A DNA stretch of 63,833 nt, the filler included, from Sphacelaria rigidula (Eukaryota): assembly GCA_964200075.2 (NCBI GenBank). It is 10 parts of 10 records of this genome, joined end to end, with 100 filler letters (N's around TTAATTAATTAA, not from the genome) between each part and the next. Parts side by side here need not be neighbours in the genome. Positions count along the whole stretch, not along the records: positions 1 to 6,294 come from CAXNAA020020957.1; positions 6,395 to 12,688 come from CAXNAA020020958.1; 8 more parts are not named here. One strand, given 5' to 3'. The notes beneath the pieces are model-generated. The model saw only the letters and a list, made by a program, of their open reading frames with translations. It did not search any database and was not told the DNA's origin. This document shows positions 1 through 11,910 of this stretch, in pieces; positions within the stretch are counted from its first letter, which is position 1; each line of letters starts with the position of its first letter. The position numbers and the translations under genes were made by a program.

Positions 1-344
1 TTGTTGCTTGCCTTAGTCATTTGACCATTGACCACGCATCCCTTTCGAGACGGAGCGGGGGGGGGGGGGGAGAATCAACTGCTTCCCTGTTCAAGAGGTC
101 CAAGCCTTAGAGCGATGTTGCCCGAAAATAAAAACGAAAATTTTCCCCCCCCGCACGCATATTTTCAACCAGCCAGCAAACAAACAATTGAGTTACCTGA
201 GAAATGATGAAGTCCGGTGTATATATACACACACGTGTGTAAGAGAGTGTGTACCACAACAAATGCTCCAGTATTATACCGCATTACAAGAGATCGTGGA
301 GACCGCTCTCTTCGAGGGAGAGATAAAAAAGGAACACCACTGAC

Positions 345-3300
345 CTCCGCCGTTTTGGCGTGAAGCGGATATGGTGTAGGACGCGTTGCCGTCGGAGGTG
401 ACGAGGATAAAGTACACGCAGTTTTCGCAGAACTTGGAATCCGAAGACTGGATAAGCACCGTGTCAGATCCTGAAGGGGGTGGACAAGGACCGAGGAGAA
501 ACGGAGCAGCGGACTGAAGCATTAGTTGGTGGGTGTTATTTGTTGCTACCCTGCACTGGTCGACAACAAGCTCAGCGTGACAATAAAAAAACGACTTATT
601 TCACTTCGTCTGCCACGTGTCCACTTGCTTCGCGGATCTACGCACAGTATCGCCGGAGGCATGCGTGACGAAACATTCTCCGTGGATGCACCTAGTACAC
701 CACCTGGGGCCAGAAGATGATCGAACCTCGACGTTCGCCGTCACAAGGTCTTGCTTGCACTGCAGTGCGATCCCGCACACACCTTTATATACCGACGAGA
801 TGTTTCCCATAGCGAAGTTTTCAGAAGCAAGGCCGCCCCAGCGTAGGAGAAAATCGAGTTTTTTTTCATCACCTCGGGTGTTATACTCAATATAACACCG
901 GCGGCACATGACAAGGTCAAGTCACTGGTGCTGAAAGATGTTAGAGTCATTGGATATGCAGCACAGGCTTTCATGCGATTTCCCCCCCAGCAATGATGAC
1001 GACAACACTTGGAGTACGCCAGGGATAAGCATCAGATAGACACAGTCACATCACAGGAATGGTTGGACTGACCTCAACACGCTTGCGATTTGCCTTAAAG
1101 AATTTAGGGGGGTGTTCATACACACAAGCAAGCGCAGGCATCGCGGCTAAAGAGCCGGACAAAAGGTCCTGATGCTTAGCCAATGTGCTTTGCAATGATC
1201 GCCCCGGTGGCGCAGTTGGTAACCTCGAAGCCTTCTGACGGTTGGGTCGTGGGTTCGAATCGGAGCGATCTGAGATTTTTTCTCACACAAGACCCGACAG
1301 TAGAAAGCGACTATGTCGTGGGTACACAAAATTCGACTCAATGGTCGACGAGGGTAATCGATTGAACCCCTCTCGCGATAAAAGAAAAGGGCGAGCACCG
1401 CAGAAGGAAGGTGGAGAACTACAACAACAACAAAAACACTCCTGTGTTGGCCTTCCTCCTGTGTGACCCCGGCTCATACGCCCATATATACCGAAAGGTG
1501 TAGATCGGCGTCCAGAATAGACGGGACGACAACACACACAATAATCGACATGAAGCGGTTATTTTCGGCGTCTTCTCTCAAATGTGCCGAGTCAAATTGC
1601 CGGAGGATACGGAGCATCATCAACCGGAACGGTGACACATCTGACGTTGATCTTCCCGAAAACTACGGAGGGCACGCTGCCGGGAGTTGTGACGTTGAAG
1701 GCATATTTCCCAGGAACGCTCGGCGAACGGGACTTGACGGCGGGCATACAAAGCGCAGAGAAGTTCAGTTTTATCATCCTTCCGCGTCACACACTTCCGT
1801 CGCGGCACCCAGTGTAACATGCTCTGCTGATTCGCACTGCGCAATGATCAAACAACACAGCCGCGGTCTCCAAGCAAGACCTCGTCTCTCAGCATCACGA
1901 ACACACTTACAAAAACAATCTCGGGACAGTCAACAGCACCCTATACAGAAAAACACAAGAAGAAAAAAAACGGTACCGGACGAGCTGCTGTGAAACCCAA
2001 ACTTACCCAAGGCCCCTCCGACCCAGTCAGAGTTGGTTGGTCCCGGGAGCTCGTCAATCGCAGTACTGATATACACGTCGGGGTCCCCAGAGAGCGCCGT
2101 CAATGACACCTGGTTACCAAAAAACAACCGCATTCAAAAAATGAAACATATTTCGGGTCAATTTTCGATGGAATAATGATCGGAACCAGGATTGTGGGTT
2201 ACGCTGTCACTCCCGTCTACACACGGTTTTCACATATGATTCGTTTCCCATCACTTCTCGTGGGAACAAGGAGGACCCGTGCAAATGGAGACATCTTTAA
2301 TGTATTATACATAAAGAATAAAAGCAGTACACGATATGCTGTGAATAAGTGCAAATCATGGGCGCAGACTGGCACGTTTTTTTGTTGAACGGTGGAATAA
2401 TACGCCTTCGAAATAGAAGCGATAGTGTATGACGAACCCCGTGCCTGTACCGTCAAAGCAGTCGACACTTTGACCTCTGAAATGAGGACCACTGAGATTA
2501 GAAAGGCGGCAGTGGGTGCGATTCCCCTGGTCACCGCCTACAAGGTGACATTGAACGGTAGAGAGAGTCGGGAATGATGAAGAAAAAATTGAATTTGTGA
2601 AGAGAGAGTCGGGGATGATGAAGAGAAAATCGAAACATGCGACCCCAGCTGGAACCCTGGGGGGTCACTTCGTGGACAATCAAATCAACCAATGTAAAGC
2701 TGTGGAAGCGGTCGCCTTCGTGAGACGATCTCATCACTATAATAGTCGAGATGTCAATATATCTGCCTGGTGTACGGGGCATGCCGAGCGAAAGCCAAGG
2801 TTTCCAACCACCCGTTGATTGAAATAGGCGTGGATGATACGAGGGGGAGAAGGGTCCACTCATGATCTTGCATGCCGTAGTCATATGACCTTTGACCTCG
2901 TATCCCTGAAAAGCCGGGACGGAGCACGCCGAGTTTTCGCCGGACCAGGCTAGAGGCTGAGGGAGGGAGGTACAATTGCGTGCACTCATTTGTAGACCGA
3001 AATAACCTGTGCGGTGTTTGCTGTGCTTCCTGGTGTAGCTGCCACTACTTACCATATACTTACTCATATAACAAGAGTAGCCTGAACACTAACCTCCCAG
3101 TACAGCAAAGAGACCGGGATGCGGGCGAAATATGGAGCATCAAAAATGCTCTCAGTCGGTGACTCAAAATACCCGCAAGTCAACTTACACTTCTATTCAT
3201 GTGGTCTCAGAAGTCATCATCACTGCCACTTACATGTTTTGAAAATATATATTTTTTCAAAGTAATGAAAATGACCACTACCTACCTGCACGCTGTCGCC

Positions 3301-3517
3301 ATTTCCTTTTGGATTGAAAAACTCGTAAAACTGGGACGTCGAAGCGCCGCTTAGCGTTCCATGCTGAGGTAAGCCCTCCTGTAGGTGGGTTAGCCCCTCG
3401 CTCGCCACGATCATGTAATCTCCGCGCTTGAAGCCAAACACGCTGACGTACACGAAGCACTCCGAGCAGGTATTCTCCTCGCCTGCTTCCTCGCCGGTGC
3501 CCGCACACTTGCAATAT
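345..3517 (-). CDS. Internal exons of a probable large extracellular protein with PPC-like (pre-peptidase C-terminal) beta-sandwich repeats; partial
   Basis: Three exons (3517-3286, 2109-2007, 470-345) have AG/GT boundaries and compatible phases. They read ...CSECFVYVSVFGFKRGDYMIVASEGLTHLQEGLPQHGTLSGASTSQFYEFFNPKGNGDSVQ / VSLTALSGDPDVYISTAIDELPGPTNSDWVGGALG / SDTVLIQSSDSKFCENCVYFILVTSDGNASYTISAS. GDPDVYIS and CxxCxYxIxV...YTI are PPC-like motifs. Confidence 0.75.
1197..1437 (+). mobile_element. tRNA-derived SINE
   Basis: Head has box A (TGGCGCAGTTGG) and box B (GGTTCGAATC), followed by a non-tRNA body and a (CAA)n tail. A homologous head and body occur at 25328-25476. Confidence 0.75.
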
Positions 3518-3789
3518 CTGGGCGATCACGATATATATATGTATATATATGGATGAGGAGTACAGTGCCTGTGACTCCTTGTATGTGTGTTCATGTGTGT
3601 CTCAAGATTATGGATTCATAACCACTACAAGAGCTCTCATGATCCCGCCTGGATTCGGACGGGATCAGCTGTCTGCCACCAATCAAATACTCGATCAATC
3701 AGTCAACACGTAACACGGAAGGGCGTTTTGCGTATCGTTCCATTGGGTTCCTGACAGCCATGGGGTACCGACTGGGGGTAGGTGGGGCG

Positions 3790-4290
3790 GTACTTATTTG
3801 TTGCTTGCCTTAGTCGTGTGACCATTGACCACGCATCCCTTCCGAGACGGAGCACCGTTCCTGCTCCTGATAGAGACACCTCTAACATTCCACCGCTGAT
3901 TACGTTTGTTCCACACATTACACAAAAACCTTTTACATATCTTTTCCCCATCCTGTTTCGCCGTCTCTGGCCACTATCTATCTCCTAGTATAGCCATCGT
4001 TTTCTCCCTACGGCCTAATGCATCAAACGATTTTACGCCACCTTCACTTACGTCCCGCCTTTCCCCTTGTAGCATGTCCCGTTCTTCCTTGTATAGTTTG
4101 CATTCTGCAAAAAGATAAATTGTGCTTTCTACTACTTTGCCGCAGGGGCAATTCTGTGCATCTACATCCTCCTCCTCTCAACGACTGGTATATAACTCCC
4201 TGCTTTGTGGCAGGTCCAGGTCCCCAGCCCGAGATCGCAGTTTCAGATTTTTCGCAGCGTCCATTGGGCCATGCAAATATTTTTTTATCC
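3790..4290 (-). mobile_element. 5'-truncated non-LTR retrotransposon (family A, ORF2 C-terminus). Other copies: 1-56(-), 5305-5592(-), 19252-19298(-), 38142-38262(+), 38363-38620(-), 53670-53956(+), 57120-57235(+)
   Basis: The recurrent sequence encodes (composite reading of degenerate copies) ...CPCGKA.ESxxHxxAEC...AILGDRWWPQTAKQ...CNVWKKR...RNGAPSRKGCVVNGQxTKASNK*, a CCHC knuckle plus WxxR typical of LINE ORF2 ends. Copies share the 3' end and have variable 5' truncation. Confidence 0.8.
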
Positions 4291-4402
4291 CTCTCCCCTC
4301 TCTCAACCCCCCGTATATCTTCAGGTGTTCTTCCTAATCTACTTCACGTATGAGCGCTCATTTTCCCCTTATTTCTGTCATGTCTCTTACTTTTGTCTTG
4401 TA

Positions 4403-5293
4403 CCCCGCACCTTCATCGGAACCCCAAGACGAAACACTGCACACGTGGCACGAGAACGAGTATGACTCGTGGCACTCGCACTCGTTGGGCTGCTCGTTGG
4501 CCGTAAACATTAATAGGGGCAATACTCGAGTCGTTGCTCGTTGTGAAAAAAAAATTGGGCGAGTACTCGAGTCATTGCTCGTCGTGGAGAAGTAAATGAC
4601 TTGAGCACTCGAGTCATTGCTCGTTGTGGAAAAAAATGATGGGGCGAGTACTCGAGTCATTGCTCGTGGTGGAGAAGTGAATCACTCGAGCACTCGAGTC
4701 ATCGCTCGTGATGAACGACTTGAGTGGAGGAGTCAGGAACCCGATGATCGAACAATTATAATGAGCTCTTCGACGATCTTGAACCTGGGATCTGAAGTTC
4801 ATATGCATACATGCACATGTGAAAGCGTCAAGGATCAAAACTCGTGCACCTCCCTCCCCACACGCACAGATCAAAGTTCTATTAGAGCGGCGGAGAGTTC
4901 CTCTCGAGTGGTACATACATAGGACGAGCACTCGAGCCATTGCTCGTTGTGGAAAAAAATGAATGACTCGAGCACATGAGCCATTGCTCGTTGTGAAACA
5001 AATCAATGACTCGAGCACACGAGCCATTGCTTGTTGTGAAAAGAAATGATGAGTCGAGCACACGAGTCATTGTTCGTTGTAAAAGAATTGATGAGTACGG
5101 GAGTCATTGCTCGTTGTGAAAAAAGCCAATGACTCGAGCACACTTATCATTGCCTGTTGTGAAACAAATCAATGACTCGAGCACACGAGTCATCGCTCGT
5201 TGTGTTTTCAAAAAATATCCACGTGTGCACTCGTTTCGACGAGTAACGACTCGTCCGACGTGTAAAATACTGTTTATAGATGAAGGCGCGGGG
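4403..5293. mobile_element. Non-autonomous TIR element filled with ~42-45-bp subterminal tandem repeats; related array at 11560-11910
   Basis: CCCCGCACCTTCATC (4403-4417) is the inverted match of GATGAAGGCGCGGGG (5279-5293). The internal unit is roughly GAGCACTCGAGTCATTGCTCGTTGTGGAAAAA. Confidence 0.6.
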
Positions 5294-5699
5294 CGTGGGG
5301 AGATTCTTTTGTTGCTAACCTTCGTCATTTCACCATAAACCACGCATCCCTTTTGTGATGGAACACCCATTCCTACCCCTTACTGAGGCGCGCCTCCGAC
5401 ATTTTGGCAGCTCATTGCGCGTTTTTCATACAATACACAAGGACCCTTCCCACATATTACCCCCCCTCTTGTTCCCCGTCTGTGGCAACCATCCATTTCT
5501 GAGTACTCGTACGAGTATGGCGATCGTTTCTTCGCTACTGTATAAAGTACCAAACGACTTTATGTCATCTTCGATGAGTTCTCTCACCTCCTCCTGGGAG
5601 GCGGTAGAGAAGGGGGCGAGTAAAGCACACCACATGAACAAGGACAGCATCAGCTTACACGCTAGCGCTGACATATTTTTCAAAAGCGGGGAGGTAGTC

Positions 5700-5950
5700 G
5701 CGGAACACTTACTGCAGCGGCGAGGGAAAATGAGCGTGCAAATTCTCAGGCAGCACATGTATCCACCTTGCACACATACACCCAACAACAAAAAGTCCAA
5801 GGATCTGCGATGGTTTTGGAGGGCGTTCGATCCACAAGGCACCATTCACCACCCAGGGAAATTCATTGTCCCGATACTCTTATACGATATGGAATAACTT
5901 CATGCGATAAGGAGTCATGTTGGAGCAAAGACTAGTCCGACGAGGCAATG
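5700..5950 (-). pseudogene. Degenerate Tc1/mariner transposase fragment
   Basis: A frameshifted reading LQHD...H...V*EYRDNEFP(G)W...IERPPK...LDFLLLG resembles QQDGAxxH...FPGRW...WPPRSPDLxPLDFFLWG. Confidence 0.45.
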
Positions 5951-6229
5951 GGTAGATACTTGATAGGCGACATGGGATACCGGTAAGTATCAACGAAAGG
6001 TAACCCTGCCTCTGAGAACAACCGGGTCGACATTACTTGGAAGGTTCACCTGACTACTCTGCTTCCGAAGTCTCACACTGCAACTGAACGATATTTCGCT
6101 ACATCTCTCCGAGCGTCATGCGATCAGCGAAAATATAATCCCGGGTTCCGGAATGAGTTATCGCGAGTTTACGGTGTGAAATTCAACACTATTCCCAGGA
6201 ATTGCTTTAGATATAGCTTCTGAAAAAAA

Positions 6230-6266
<37 letters not shown>

Positions 6267-6294
6267 ACCCCCCCCCCCCCCCCCCGCCCCCCCC

Positions 6295-6394
6295 NNNNNN
6301 NNNNNNNNNNNNNNNNNNNNNNNNNNNNNNNNNNNNNNTTAATTAATTAANNNNNNNNNNNNNNNNNNNNNNNNNNNNNNNNNNNNNNNNNNNN
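6295..6394. other. Artificial contig linker (N44-TTAATTAATTAA-N44). Identical linkers at 12689-12788, 19083-19182, 25477-25576, 31870-31969, 38263-38362, 44656-44755, 51049-51148 and 57442-57541
   Basis: An identical 100-bp spacer with stops in all frames separates pieces of 6294, 6294, 6294, 6294, 6293, 6293, 6293, 6293, 6293 and 6292 bp, which indicates size-sorted, concatenated contigs. Confidence 0.98.
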
Positions 6395-7719
6395 GTCTAA
6401 AATCGTTAGGAGCCCCTGAACCAGACAAAATTTCGCGAAAAAAGTGCACCCCTACCGTAGCATTGCTCAGGCGAAGTCTTACATGTCGGAATGAGATCCT
6501 CGCCTCGTGTTGGGGGTTTCACGACGGAAAAGCATCCTCCGGTGGCAACAGTATTTATTTTTTACGAAATCAGCTGCCTGGTCCACAGACGGTAAAGACT
6601 ACCAAAAAGTGGCGATATTTTCTAGATTCGAATGTTCGTGATAGTACTTTGACATAAATGTATGCTTGTGCACCAAGAAAAAAAAAAGCCCATCGCTGAA
6701 CACCAATACATCGTGAAACCGCGCCAAGGAGTAGAGCTGGGCAATTTGAAGGCCGCTTCTTATAGACTGAAAAATAAATATGTCGGAGAACTTCCCTTCT
6801 GAACCCTTCATCACGGATTACTGGCGGAATACGGGCCTCGGCGGATTTAGCCTCCTCGGAAACATTTGCTACATGTTTTACGAGGATTCCAGCGCACTTT
6901 TCCGATTGTTTCGACGCCCAGTTTTGCTTTTGACCGGATCCTGATTTTTTTCAGTCGCCGCGAAAATTGTCCAGTTGTCGGGGAAAATACGCCACCTTGC
7001 AGTCGAGGCGTTGACACTGCGGTATTTTCGGTTGATAGAACCTGTTTCGATCGTATTTGTGAAGCAATGTATGAAGCAATGCACGGATTTGTTTGTTTGA
7101 ATTTGTGCGTACTCATCGCACCACAGCCGAACAGCTGTGCTTCACGGTCCGTAACACCCTCCAGAGTCACGGGGTTTCTACTCGTATCGCCCCATTACAC
7201 CATACCACACTAACCTTAAGTTTTAGTTACTTTGAGAGTAGAGCCTCGATTGAGAGTGGGTTCGATCGTTCGCTTCAACTTGACCAAATTCTCGTTGTGT
7301 GTGTGCTTTTCTTCGCCTGTAACGCTGGTGTGTGCTTACAGCAACACATCGATGTCGTCCTCAAGGATATCAAGGGCTTCAATCGTAAGAAACTGCAGGT
7401 GGCATATTGGGCCCCATGGCGGGGCATTTCGGAACTGAGGCTTTCCATTCACTCATTTACCGCTCATCATTCTCAAATCGTATCCTCCACTTCGATCTCA
7501 CGCAAACGCCGTTCAATTTGGGCACTGCGGTTTGAGGACGATCTTTTCAATTATCAACATATACCGACGCCGGAACTCTACAGTTTTATCGGAACTCTAC
7601 AGTTATATCGAAGAGCATTATGCTGTAACACCCACCAAAAAACTCTAAATACTTCACGCGCCCACTACTGCATAGTTGCCGACATATGACGTGAGACCCC
7701 ATGATGTTGGAGGAAATAC

Positions 7720-9050
7720 TGCAGCGACTCTGGTGTGTCCCCTTTTCGGCACAATATCGAATGCGGCGGGAGATCATGCAAGGTATCTTGTGCATGTCAA
7801 GAGGGGGGTGTCTCTCACCGGGGTGGCAGCGCCATATACTTCGTCTTCGGGTGACCGCTGCCGTATCCGGCGAGGTTTCTCGCAGGGCGTGTTCATGTTG
7901 ACAGACCTGGAGGTAAATTATGAACGCCAGCGGGTGAGGACGGGCGCCACGAAGCTTCCAACAGTCAGGGCCGTCTACCGATGCGTTCACCACGGCAACG
8001 GCCAACACACAGGAGTGCCTTGTTCTGGAGCCAGGTCATATCGTACACTACAGGACAGTAATGTGACGGAAAACACTATATAGTGCAGCACAGGATACAG
8101 GTGCACATGGTGATACCGAACAGCACGTGATAGTGGAAGGTGCACGCCCCCTTACAGAACGGTGCAGCGAAGTAGAAAGCAGTCCGGTGCCTTACAGAAT
8201 AACAGAAGGCAGCTGCGTAGCGCACCCTTCGCGATCGTTTTCAGTACATCTCACCGAAGTGGATTACAGTCGAGTACTACACACGACACTTTCGGGCAGC
8301 ACTCCGCCGCGTGTTATCTGTGGTCCTCGCATACGACCCCGCACGTTATCGCGGAGCACCCTCATCAGTATAGGACAGCACTTCACGATACAGTCCAGTG
8401 CAGCACACGACGGAAGACCGCTCCGCAGCAAAGCGTGTTGTGTACTGACTAGGACCGCTCCATAGCAAAGCGTGTTGTGTGCTGTCTGTCGCCCGATGCT
8501 GCCGGAACGTGCAATTCACTGTTCAGTACACTACATGAGGGCGGCAACATGACACTCAAGTACCGACACAACAGCACAGCCCAGCACGCAACAGTGACCT
8601 GTGCGTCACCATCCCGTAACATACCGTACTAGACCGTGGATTAGGCGTGTAGTATTTTGCGGCACATTACTGTATGCAATACTGTTGTAAGATCCCAGTA
8701 CAGCACGCATGGTGACAGGACTGTGTGGTGAATCATGAACTTTTATACTGGATTTTATATCCAATTTGCAGCTCCCGCCCACCACCAGACATGCTTGCAG
8801 TCAATCGCCTATTGAGTGATGTCCCACACACGAATCTGAACAGTTTTTTTTGCAGATGGATTCTATGCATCATAGACCATGTACACCATGCAGCCTCCCG
8901 ACTCCTAGCGTGGTCGTCACCACTCTGCGTACCATCACACGACCTTCCGACAAGGAGGAACCCATACAGAGCAACACCGTTCAGACTGGCCAACGCGGGA
9001 ACGAATCATCTTCTCACCTGAAAACTGGCGCCGACACTCCGCCTTGAACA
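7720..9050 (-). pseudogene. Degenerate Tc1/mariner transposase fragments
   Basis: FSGEKMI (~9010-9030, cf. FSDEK), WLQNKA (~8020, cf. QQDNA), WRPSSP...PLAFII (~7920-7950, cf. WPPSSPDLNPLDY) and RRIRYCAEKG appear in the expected order. Confidence 0.45.
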
Positions 9051-11559
9051 AAGCTTTCCACCGGTATCGCCTGTCGCACATGTGCTCCTTCGTGTAGGGC
9101 TTGCCACCCGTGCGACGTGCGACTACTTTGCAGCTGGTGCTAGCTCATGTCGTGTACAATGCTTCTTGTGCGGGCTGCTTCCTATATATATATATATATA
9201 TATACATATATATTTTTTTTCTATCGGCGCAAAACTGCAACAGGAACATTTCAGGAAAAAATCACGGAATGGGCCTTAAATTTTTGTGTTCTTGCTCTTC
9301 TTTTTTTTTTGCTGGCCGTTGTTTGCGTGGACCTTGCGGTTCACCCGAGCTATCGTTTGTTGAAATCGACCCCAAAATGCTCGAGTTACGTCTTTTCATG
9401 TATCCATCCCTACTAACAATGTTCTCCCGTAATAATACTGTTGTATCGCACCTTAATCCCTCCACGTGTGGTGAGGGGATTTCTGTGTGACTCGGCCATA
9501 CTACTTTGTTTCTGCGATGTGGCATGGCACGCTTGCCAAGTGTCGGGCGGGTACGACCTCCGGACTCCGGACTGCAGCACAACAATACTCCGGTGGGGTG
9601 CGTCATCTATGTAAACGTGTGCCACAGTGCCACACGGGACTAAATATGTACAAAATATAGGGGTGGTGCTGATTTTTGTTGTATCAAATTCAGAGGCCGT
9701 GGCGCTGGTTTTTGCTGTGTGCACAAAGTTGAACATACTTGACCCTTTGCATCCCCTCATTCGATAAAACTAATCCGACTGCACCGGGGCGACATTTTCG
9801 GTGCGAGCATGACGTATGTCGGTGGATTCTTCTGGGGTCTTCCGTCGTAAAAATGGTTCTTGACGGTAGTTCCTTTTCCCATATTTTCTTCTTCGTCAGC
9901 GCTTGACATAATGAGGCGTTTGGACCGGGAACGGGAGAGGAGGGTTCCCAATGGCTCAAGGCACCGTACGATGTGTACTGTCTGTATGCAGTGGTACCGA
10001 AACCGCAGGTCAAGGTTTTTCAACACCGCTCGCGGGCAGATCTTTCAGTTCGGATTATTCGATCAACATGCGGCGAAGTCTCGTTATGATATGTATATAT
10101 ATGTATATATATACATTGTCCGAATTTGTGGTTGAACTTTGGCGTTCGGGAGTGCAGGGCGTTGTATCTCAAGAGAGTTGAAGGTGCAACGTCTTAGCGG
10201 GGGCTGCGGGGGTGCTATTCCCCGTCACATACAGTACTAACAGCATGAACACCATTACAGTACGGGCCGAACGAATATTTCCCGCATAGACGCTGAGAAC
10301 AGCAGCAATTGACCCGATATGGTGAGTATAACTATGTTGTATGCTGTTACACGTACGGCAATCATCTGGCCCAGCACAGACTACAGACGGCCGTCAATGT
10401 AACGGTTTGGTTTCACAGTATATCTATCCTTCAGTACTGGAACTTTTGCCGTCGACCCTGAGCTATCAAAACGTGCGGTTTAGGGGTACAACATTACATG
10501 CATGAAGTCGCCACGTACAGCAACCCAACTATACCCACCTCAGCTTCGGAAGGAGGCTCCAGTACTCGCCGGATTTTTTTGCTCACGCCCCTTTGCTTGC
10601 CAGTTCTCCCTGCTCCCGAGCCACCCTTCGATTTTTTTCTGCCCATCATCATCACCTCCTTGCCCCACCCGCCACCTCGTCGTGTCCTCGCAGTGACACC
10701 GACGAAATCCCCCACAATACCACCCAGCTGCTGTTGTATATCTCGGCCGCAGTCGCTCGCTAGAGAGCGAGGCTGATTCAGCAACAGCCCGGGCCCGCTA
10801 ACAAAGCAATGCCCATGATGATTTCGACATGGTGGCTGCCGGCACCAGGCGGCGAGCTCGGCGATCGGGGGTGCAGTGGTGGAGACGGCTGTGGGGCGCC
10901 CGCAACATGATGCGAGTGTGGACAGCGCACCTGCTGTGATTGACAGGATGCAGCTAGGTTTGGTCATGAATTGGCCGCACAAGCGAAGGCGCGACGGATT
11001 TCTTCGACGACGTCGTATTGTCACGGGTTCGTTGTCGGCGTTGGGCATCATATGGTCGCCGTGCGATCAACTGTGTACATGTACAGGGAAACCTACACCA
11101 GGTCGCAGCAGTTGTACACTGGACGCTTTTTGGTGTGAGTGCACCACGGTGTCATGCTCCAAATGTTATTATTATTGGTTGATTCTGTATATTTACCCCA
11201 TCTTTCGAACCCGTGGTCACAGACGTAGTCTCGTTCTCCAGAACCGTCAGTGTTATTTTCGTGATATGAGACAGAAGCGCTCGTTGAGTGACTTCTTCTG
11301 AAACTCCAAATAAAAGCCAAAATTAAAGAATAAAACGCTCAGGCCGCGCTCCTTATGCTAGACAATAAAAAAAGTCTGTGAAATTACCTTTTTGGAGCTA
11401 TTACTATTTACTGTACGTCGTGGTACGCCCTAAAAGGGAGCTAGGCGGATTTTTCACCTTGGTATACCTTGCTGTACTTGTTGAGACGGTTCCAGCATAT
11501 CCAGTATCTGTGCGTTTCCCCGGTGGCCGCACTTTTTTTCACACGTCGGACGAGCCATC

Positions 11560-11910
11560 ATTGCTCGTCGAAACGAGTGCATTCGTGGATGTTTTTGAAA
11601 ACACAATGAACATGACTCGAGTGCTCACCCTATTAATTTTTTCCACAACGAACGATGACTCGAGTGCTCGCCCTATTCTTTTTTCCACAACGAGAAATGA
11701 CTCGAGTGCTCGTCCTATTACTTTCTTTCCACAACGAGCAGTGACTCCAGTGCTCGCCCCGTTATTTTTTTTCCACAACGAGCGATGACTCGAGCGCTCG
11801 CGGTATTATTTTTTCACCACGAGCTCCCAAGTCTTTTGCTCCAGTTGTTTACTTTTTCGCATGGTATGACTCGTTTGCTCGAGACATCGTTTTTTTCATC
11901 ATGAGCAATG
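11560..11910. repeat. Tandem array of the CTCGAG-rich ~44-bp unit, reverse orientation relative to 4520-5250
   Basis: Repeated TTTTTCCACAACGAGCRATGACTCGAGTGCTCGCC units. Confidence 0.8.

Noticed and set aside
1201..1270. Functional tRNA-Arg (also 25332-25405)
   Set aside because: The stems are disrupted, the two copies differ in the anticodon region, and both share a non-tRNA body, so this is a SINE head.
4520..5250. CRISPR-like array
   Set aside because: The units are degenerate tandem repeats without unique spacers, no cas genes are present, and the context is eukaryotic TE sequence.
6339..6350. Periodic TTAATTAATTAA motif every ~6.39 kb
   Set aside because: It is an artificial linker inside N-runs, not biology.
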